Part shown: positions 59,556 through 64,000 of the stretch, piece by piece
Layout: each line of letters starts with the position of its first letter
How positions within the stretch are numbered: the stretch's first letter is position 1
Source: Vicinamibacterales bacterium
GTDB lineage: Bacteria; Acidobacteriota; Vicinamibacteria; Vicinamibacterales; 2-12-FULL-66-21
DNA length: 64,000 nucleotides
Assembly: GCA_048594975.1 (NCBI GenBank)
Contig: JBMDXQ010000145.1
Coordinates: 55,284 to 119,283, forward strand
Direction of reading: 5' to 3'
Notes under the pieces: model-generated
The model's input: the letters and a program-made list of their open reading frames with translations, nothing else
Told to the model about the DNA's origin: nothing
Database searches by the model: none
Made by a program: the position numbers and the translations under genes

Positions 59556-59735
59556 ATGACCGAAGAAAACGCCCGGAACGAAAGGTCCGCGCCGCAGCAG
59601 GTCCGGCCGCCGCGGCGCCCCTACACGTCCCCGCGGCTCATCGAGTACGGCTCGGTCGCCAAGCTGACCCGCGGTCAGCGCTCGGTCAACTCGGATTTCC
59701 CGAAGGCCGGTTTCCAGCGATCGCATTGCCTCTGA
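59556..59735 (+). CDS. Lasso peptide precursor (A), 59 aa, not listed as its own ORF
   Basis: MTEENARNERSAPQQVRPPRRPYTSPRLIEYGSVAKLTR/GQRSVNSDFPKAGFQRSHCL. Exact Y-x2-P-x-L-x3-G-x5-T-x-G leader pattern, with Thr at -2, Gly1 and Asp8. GGAGG lies at 59537-59541. Confidence 0.8.
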   Translation: MTEENARNERSAPQQVRPPRRPYTSPRLIEYGSVAKLTRGQRSVNSDFPKAGFQRSHCL

Positions 59736-59745
59736 GCGTTCCCGT

Positions 59746-60888
59746 GTGTCGCTGATCGTCGATGAGCACCGCGAGTACCTGTCCGACGCGACGCGGCTGG
59801 CCGTGTTCGCGCGCGCGCTCGCCCACCACGTCGCCCCGCAATCGATCGTCGCCGACCTGGGGACGGGCACCGGGATCCTCGCGGTCCTCGCCTGCCGCGC
59901 CGGCGCCGCCCGCGTGTACGCCATCGAGTCGACCGGCATGGTGGAAATCGCCCGCGCCGTCGCGACCGCCAATGGCTTCGCCGGCCGCATCCACGTGATC
60001 AAGGCGGACGTCGCCGAGGTGGCCCTCCCCGAGCGGGTCGATGTCATCGTCGGCGACTTCGTCGGCCGGTTCGGGTTCGAGTCGGGGATCTTCGAGTCGT
60101 ATCCTGCGGCGGCGGCCGCGCTGTTGAAGCCGGGCGGAGTCGTGATCCCGTCAGAGATCACGCTGTCGATCTTTCCGGTCGAATCAACCGGTCTGGACGA
60201 GCGCGTGCGGTTCTGGCAGGCCCCGCGACAGGGCGTCGTCGTGGCGCCGGCGGAGGACTGGGCGCTCAACACCGGCTATCCTGCCGCGATCGGCGCGGTG
60301 GCGCTGCTCGGAGACGCCGTGGAGGTCGCGCGCGTGCCGACCACCTCCGTGACCGCGCACAGCCTCGGCGCTGACGTGCGCCTGGTCATCCGGCGCGCCG
60401 GCGTCCTCCACGGGCTGGGCGGTGCCTTTGCCGCGCAGCTGGCGCCGGGCGTCACGCTGACGAACGCGCCCACCGCGGTCGAGCGCATCGCGCGGCGCAA
60501 CGTCTTCTTTCCCGTTCGAACGCCGGTGGAGGTGACCGAGGGAGACATGGTCCAGGTTCGGATGCGGATCCTCCCGACCGAGTCGATCGTGAGCTGGACC
60601 GTCGAGGTGCGTGCCGCCGATGGTGCCGTGCGCATGCGCAGCGCCCACTCGACGCTGCATGGCCTGTTGATCGCGCGCGAGGACCTGGCGCGCGCCCGGC
60701 CGGATTTCGTGCCCGCGCTGACGCGACGCGGGAACGCGCGACTGACGGTGCTCGCTTTGTGCGACGGACGGCGGACGCTGAGCGAGGTCGAGCGGGGCGT
60801 ATACGACCTGCACCAGGAGCTGTTCGAGACGCCGGCCGAGGCGGCGGCCTTCGTCGCGGAAGTGACCTCCAGGTACGCGCGGACATGA
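59746..60888 (+). CDS. PRMT-fold SAM methyltransferase fused to a C-terminal PqqD/RRE-like domain
   Basis: 380 aa with a GTG start. Motif I VADLGTGTGILAVLACRAGAARVYAIE. Double-acid loop VDVIVGDFVGRFGFESGIFES. LKPGGVVIPS plus a beta-barrel-like middle section (VLHGLGGAFAAQL...TNAP...NVFFPV). C-terminus ARLTVLALCDGRRTLSEVERGVYDL...AAAFVAEV is PqqD-like. Confidence 0.7.
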   Translation: MSLIVDEHREYLSDATRLAVFARALAHHVAPQSIVADLGTGTGILAVLACRAGAARVYAIESTGMVEIARAVATANGFAGRIHVIKADVAEVALPERVDVIVGDFVGRFGFESGIFESYPAAAAALLKPGGVVIPSEITLSIFPVESTGLDERVRFWQAPRQGVVVAPAEDWALNTGYPAAIGAVALLGDAVEVARVPTTSVTAHSLGADVRLVIRRAGVLHGLGGAFAAQLAPGVTLTNAPTAVERIARRNVFFPVRTPVEVTEGDMVQVRMRILPTESIVSWTVEVRAADGAVRMRSAHSTLHGLLIAREDLARARPDFVPALTRRGNARLTVLALCDGRRTLSEVERGVYDLHQELFETPAEAAAFVAEVTSRYART

Positions 60889-61841
60889 AATACTGCGCCT
60901 TCGGCTGCACACTCGAGAGCGACGAGCCGCTTCCGGAGCTGCCGCCGGCGCCCGGTTCGCCGGCGCCGCGGTGGCGCGTGTTCTGGCACGATTCGATCCG
61001 CTGGCCGGCCGCGCTGCGATGGCGCACGCTGTGGGCCGCGGCCCGCGCGGACGGCGGCGTCGCGGTGGCACGCGCCGCGGGCACGTGCTTCCTGCGGTTC
61101 GACGGCCTCGCGACGGCGGCGATCGGCCGCGGGCGCATCGCCCTCGCCCCCGTTCACTCGGCGGATCCCGAGGCCGTCCGCCACGCCCTGCTCGATCAGA
61201 TCTTGCCGCTGGCTCTCGCCGCCGCGGGGGAAACGGTCCTGCACGCAAGCGCCGTGGCGGCCGGTGGCGCCGCGCTGCTGTTCGCGGGCGGCGCGGGGTC
61301 CGGGAAATCGACGCTGGCCGCTGCGCTGTCGGCTGGTGGCGCGGAAGTGCTCGCCGACGACGGCGTGCTGCTCGAGCGCCGCGGCGAGGCGGTCTGGGCC
61401 GTCCCGTCCTATCGGGGCCTGCGGCTGTGGCCGGACGCTGCGGCCGGTACGGTTGTGCGCGGTTTCTCGATGGCGGCGCGGCCGCGTCGCGCCGCCGCGA
61501 TCGAGAAGTATCGTCTCGTGCCGCGCGACGCCGTGATCTGCGCACCGGCGTTACCGGTCGCCGCGGTGTACACGCTGCATCCCGGGTCGGGCGCGCCGGC
61601 GTTCTCCAGGCTCACGCGCCGGGACACCGCGCTGGAGCTGGTCAGACACGCGTACACGCCGGAGCCCGCTGGCCGTGCCGGCGTCGTCGCCCACCTCGAC
61701 CGCGCCGTATCCTGGTCCGAGGGACTGGACGTGTGGCGGCTCGACGCGCCGCGCGACCTCACGAGCCTGCCGGGGCTCGCCGCCGCCGTCCTGGCACACG
61801 CCGGCGCGCGCGGCGCTTCTGCTAGATTACAGACCCGATGA
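60885..61841 (+). CDS. HPr-kinase-related P-loop protein (putative RiPP kinase)
   Basis: Internal start MKYCAFGCTLES of ORF-track 60759..61841, with an ATGA overlap. LHASAVAAGGAALLFAGGAGSGKSTLAAAL is typical of the HprK C-terminal kinase domain. Confidence 0.7.
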   Translation: MKYCAFGCTLESDEPLPELPPAPGSPAPRWRVFWHDSIRWPAALRWRTLWAAARADGGVAVARAAGTCFLRFDGLATAAIGRGRIALAPVHSADPEAVRHALLDQILPLALAAAGETVLHASAVAAGGAALLFAGGAGSGKSTLAAALSAGGAEVLADDGVLLERRGEAVWAVPSYRGLRLWPDAAAGTVVRGFSMAARPRRAAAIEKYRLVPRDAVICAPALPVAAVYTLHPGSGAPAFSRLTRRDTALELVRHAYTPEPAGRAGVVAHLDRAVSWSEGLDVWRLDAPRDLTSLPGLAAAVLAHAGARGASARLQTR

Positions 61842-62680
61842 CACGACAGGTCGACGTGCTGACTTCGGCGACGCTCAAACACCTCCGCGACCGTTGGTGG
61901 GATGACGACTTCACCGAGTTCATGCGGGACACCGTCGCGCCCCGCCCGGGCCAACGGATCCTCGACGTCGGCTGCGGCACCGGCACCGCGGAGGTGCGCC
62001 TGTCGCGGCTGCGCATCTCGCAGATCAACATCGTCGCCGTCGACCTGGTAGTGGAGCGCGTGGCGCAGGCGCGGACGGCGGCGCAGGCGCACAACATCCG
62101 CTCCAGCTTTGCGGCGGCGGACGCCTGCGTGCTGCCCTTCGGCGACGACACGTTTGACTCGGCATTCTGCGTCGCCGTGCTCCAGCACATCCGCGACGTC
62201 CCGCGCGCCGTCCGGGAGCTCGCCCGGGTCACGCGGCCGGGAGGCCGCGTCGTCGCCGTCGAGCCGGACAACTCGGGCCGCTACTTCTACAGCTCGTCGG
62301 ACGCGGGGCGCCGCGCCTATGACGCCGCCGGCCAGTTCTTCGCCACGCTCGCGGAGATCCGCGGCGACGCGACCGACCGCGCCGTCGGGCCGAAGCTGCC
62401 CGCGCTGTTCGCGCAGAGCGGCATCCATCCCCTGCGCGTCCACCTGTTTCCGGTCTCCCGCGCGCAGCTGGGCGCGCCCTCCGATGCCGTCTGGGCGGAG
62501 CGGCGGGCCGCAGTGCGGGACGCAGCCGAGCATGCGCCCGACGACGCGATCGGCCGGCTCGGACGCGATTATCTGAAGCTCCTGGATCGCTACGCCCAGG
62601 AGGCGCACGCCGCCGGTCCGGCGTTCGTCGAGATCCAGAACACGCTGCTCTTCGCTACCGTCGGGCAGCGGCCGGAATGA
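61838..62680 (+). CDS. Class I SAM-dependent methyltransferase
   Basis: 280 aa with an ATGA overlap. ILDVGCGTGTAEV, FDSAFCVAVLQHI, RPGGRVVAVE. Confidence 0.8.
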   Translation: MTRQVDVLTSATLKHLRDRWWDDDFTEFMRDTVAPRPGQRILDVGCGTGTAEVRLSRLRISQINIVAVDLVVERVAQARTAAQAHNIRSSFAAADACVLPFGDDTFDSAFCVAVLQHIRDVPRAVRELARVTRPGGRVVAVEPDNSGRYFYSSSDAGRRAYDAAGQFFATLAEIRGDATDRAVGPKLPALFAQSGIHPLRVHLFPVSRAQLGAPSDAVWAERRAAVRDAAEHAPDDAIGRLGRDYLKLLDRYAQEAHAAGPAFVEIQNTLLFATVGQRPE

Positions 62681-63483
62681 TGGCCCACCGCGGCCCGGGT
62701 GGCGCGGCGCGTCGCGCGCCTCGCGCCGGCGCCGCCGGCTGGGACGAGTACGCGCCGTTCTACGACTGGGAGAATGCGCAGACGGTGGCCCGCCGCGACG
62801 TCGCGTTCTGGCAGCGGCTCGCCGCGGCGCAGGACGGCACGGTCCTCGAGCTCGGGTGCGGTACGGGGCGGATCTCCGTGCCGGTCGCGCGGACGGGCGC
62901 GCGGCTGGTCGGCATCGATCGGTCGGCGCCGATGCTGCGGCGCGCCGCGCAGCGGCTGCGCCGCGTGCCGGGCGCGTGCGCACGGCTCGTGCGCGGCGAC
63001 ATCCGGGCGCTGCCCTTCCGGCAGCGGGTCGGCTTCTCGCTGGTGATGGCGCCGTACGGGATGCTGCAGTCGCTGACCAGCGAGCGCGACCTGCGCGCGA
63101 CGCTGCATTCGATTCACCGGGTACTGCGTCGCGGCGGCCTGCTGGCGATCGACCTGGTGCCCGACCTGCCCCGCTGGCAGGAGTACTCACGGCGCACCAC
63201 CCTCTCCGGGCGCCGCGGGCGCGGCCACCTGACGCTGGTCGAATCGGTACGCCAGGACCGTCGGCGCCGGCTGACGATCTTCGACCAGGAATACGTGGAG
63301 CGCCGCGGTCGCAGCCGCCGGTCGCACCGCTTCTCCCTCGCGTTCCGGACGCTGTCGGTGCGGGAGGTGGCGGCGCGCCTCGAAGCTGCCGGGTTCCAGG
63401 TCCAGGCAGTCCTCGGCGACTATCAGGGCGGCCCGTGGGATGAACGCGCCGACGTGTGGCTCATCCTCGCGGTGCGGCACTAG
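62677..63483 (+). CDS. Class I SAM-dependent methyltransferase
   Basis: 268 aa with an ATGA overlap. VLELGCGTGRISVPVA..GARLVGIDRS, LRRGGLLAIDL. Confidence 0.8.
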   Translation: MMAHRGPGGAARRAPRAGAAGWDEYAPFYDWENAQTVARRDVAFWQRLAAAQDGTVLELGCGTGRISVPVARTGARLVGIDRSAPMLRRAAQRLRRVPGACARLVRGDIRALPFRQRVGFSLVMAPYGMLQSLTSERDLRATLHSIHRVLRRGGLLAIDLVPDLPRWQEYSRRTTLSGRRGRGHLTLVESVRQDRRRRLTIFDQEYVERRGRSRRSHRFSLAFRTLSVREVAARLEAAGFQVQAVLGDYQGGPWDERADVWLILAVRH

Positions 63484-63596
63484 AGCAGCGATCGCGAATG
63501 GGCTCGTGCACCGAGGGCGGCGATGCGCTCCGGTGCAAGGCGCGACGACCGAGAATGCCGGGAGTATTCGATGGAGGGGCAATGCCGCAGCGCGGG

Positions 63597-63622
63597 TCCG
63601 CCGCGCGCTTGTGCGCGGTGGA
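63597..63622 (+). terminator. Strong GC hairpin downstream of the lasso operon
   Basis: TCCGCCGCGC-GCTTGT-GCGCGGTGGA (10-bp stem including one G-U), 114 nt after stop 63483. No U-tract directly after it. Confidence 0.4.
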
Positions 63623-63752
63623 GCGCCGGATGCAGCATCGGCCGAATGCCGTGGCTTTTCCAGGTACCATCTCCAGCTGCCACCCGCCGCGGCGGCGGCG
63701 GAAATGGTAGGATCAAGGGTCTTTTTTCGCGGCCATTCCCGAGGGATCGACC

Positions 63753-64000
63753 ATGTCCGGCCATTCCAAATGGCACACGATCAAGCACAAGAAGGGTGCG
63801 GCTGACGCCAGGCGCGGCAAGATCTTCACCCGCATCATCAAGGAGTTGACCGTCGCGGCGCGCGCCGGTGGCGGCGACCCCGACGCCAACCCCCGCCTGC
63901 GCACCGTCATCGCCGACGCGAAGTCGGTGAACATGCCGGCCGACAACATCAAGCGCGCGATCCAGCGGGGCACGGGCGAGCTGCCCGGCGTCGCCTACGA
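63753..64000 (+). CDS. yebC: YebC/PmpR-family transcriptional regulator (3' end off-window)
   Basis: [37 protein letters not shown]... is the highly conserved YebC N-terminus. GAGGGA lies 7 nt upstream of the ATG. Open to the window end. Confidence 0.9.
   Translation, partial: MSGHSKWHTIKHKKGAADARRGKIFTRIIKELTVAARAGGGDPDANPRLRTVIADAKSVNMPADNIKRAIQRGTGELPGVAY

Noticed and set aside
57954-59735. 593-aa ORF overlapping the cyclase gene in another frame.
   Set aside because: It is Arg/Ala/Pro-rich throughout except for the last 59 codons, which constitute the genuine precursor gene.

Overview
Very GC-rich bacterial chromosomal window. Gene content (carboxypeptidase-regulatory-like domains, TonB receptor, giant EPS locus) suggests Acidobacteriota or Gemmatimonadota, but this is a weak inference. 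I saw no rRNA, tRNA, CRISPR array, transposase or integrase. Many long ORF-track entries are antisense or out-of-frame high-GC artefacts, and I re-trimmed real genes to internal starts. Layout: (1) 1-6.8 kb, TonB receptor tail plus a hexuronate cluster (GntR regulator, UxaE-type epimerase, SDR, split UxaA dehydratase). (2) 7-19 kb, assorted housekeeping and envelope genes (FAD oxidoreductase, TAT-exported sugar isomerase, HExxH protein plus Ser/Thr kinase, lipoprotein, OMP, aminotransferase, short asparaginase, M1 aminopeptidase). (3) 19-25 kb, GT87 membrane glycosyltransferase, secreted kinase-like protein, POTRA-less Omp85 barrel, GT4. (4) 25-27.7 kb, fused E1 alpha/beta dehydrogenase. (5) 27.9-51.4 kb, a 22-gene, almost gap-free plus-strand exopolysaccharide operon: degenerate EBP-like regulator, OM barrel, Wza, 10 glycosyltransferases, 4 methyltransferases, Wzy, Wzx, priming sugar transferase, geranylgeranyl-reductase-like flavoprotein, nucleotidyltransferase. 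(6) 51.5-56.4 kb, a minus-strand operon with Wzc tyrosine autokinase, O-antigen-ligase-like protein and HAD phosphatase. (7) 56.9-63.5 kb, the most interesting part: a complete lasso-peptide cluster (PqqD/B1, B2 protease, Asn-synthetase-like cyclase). It includes an unannotated 59-aa precursor with a textbook leader and a Gly1-Asp8 ring. It is followed by a PRMT-fold methyltransferase fused to a second RRE domain, an HPr-kinase-like protein and two more SAM methyltransferases. (8) The start of a yebC-family gene at the window edge. All family assignments come from motif recognition by eye and no searches were run.
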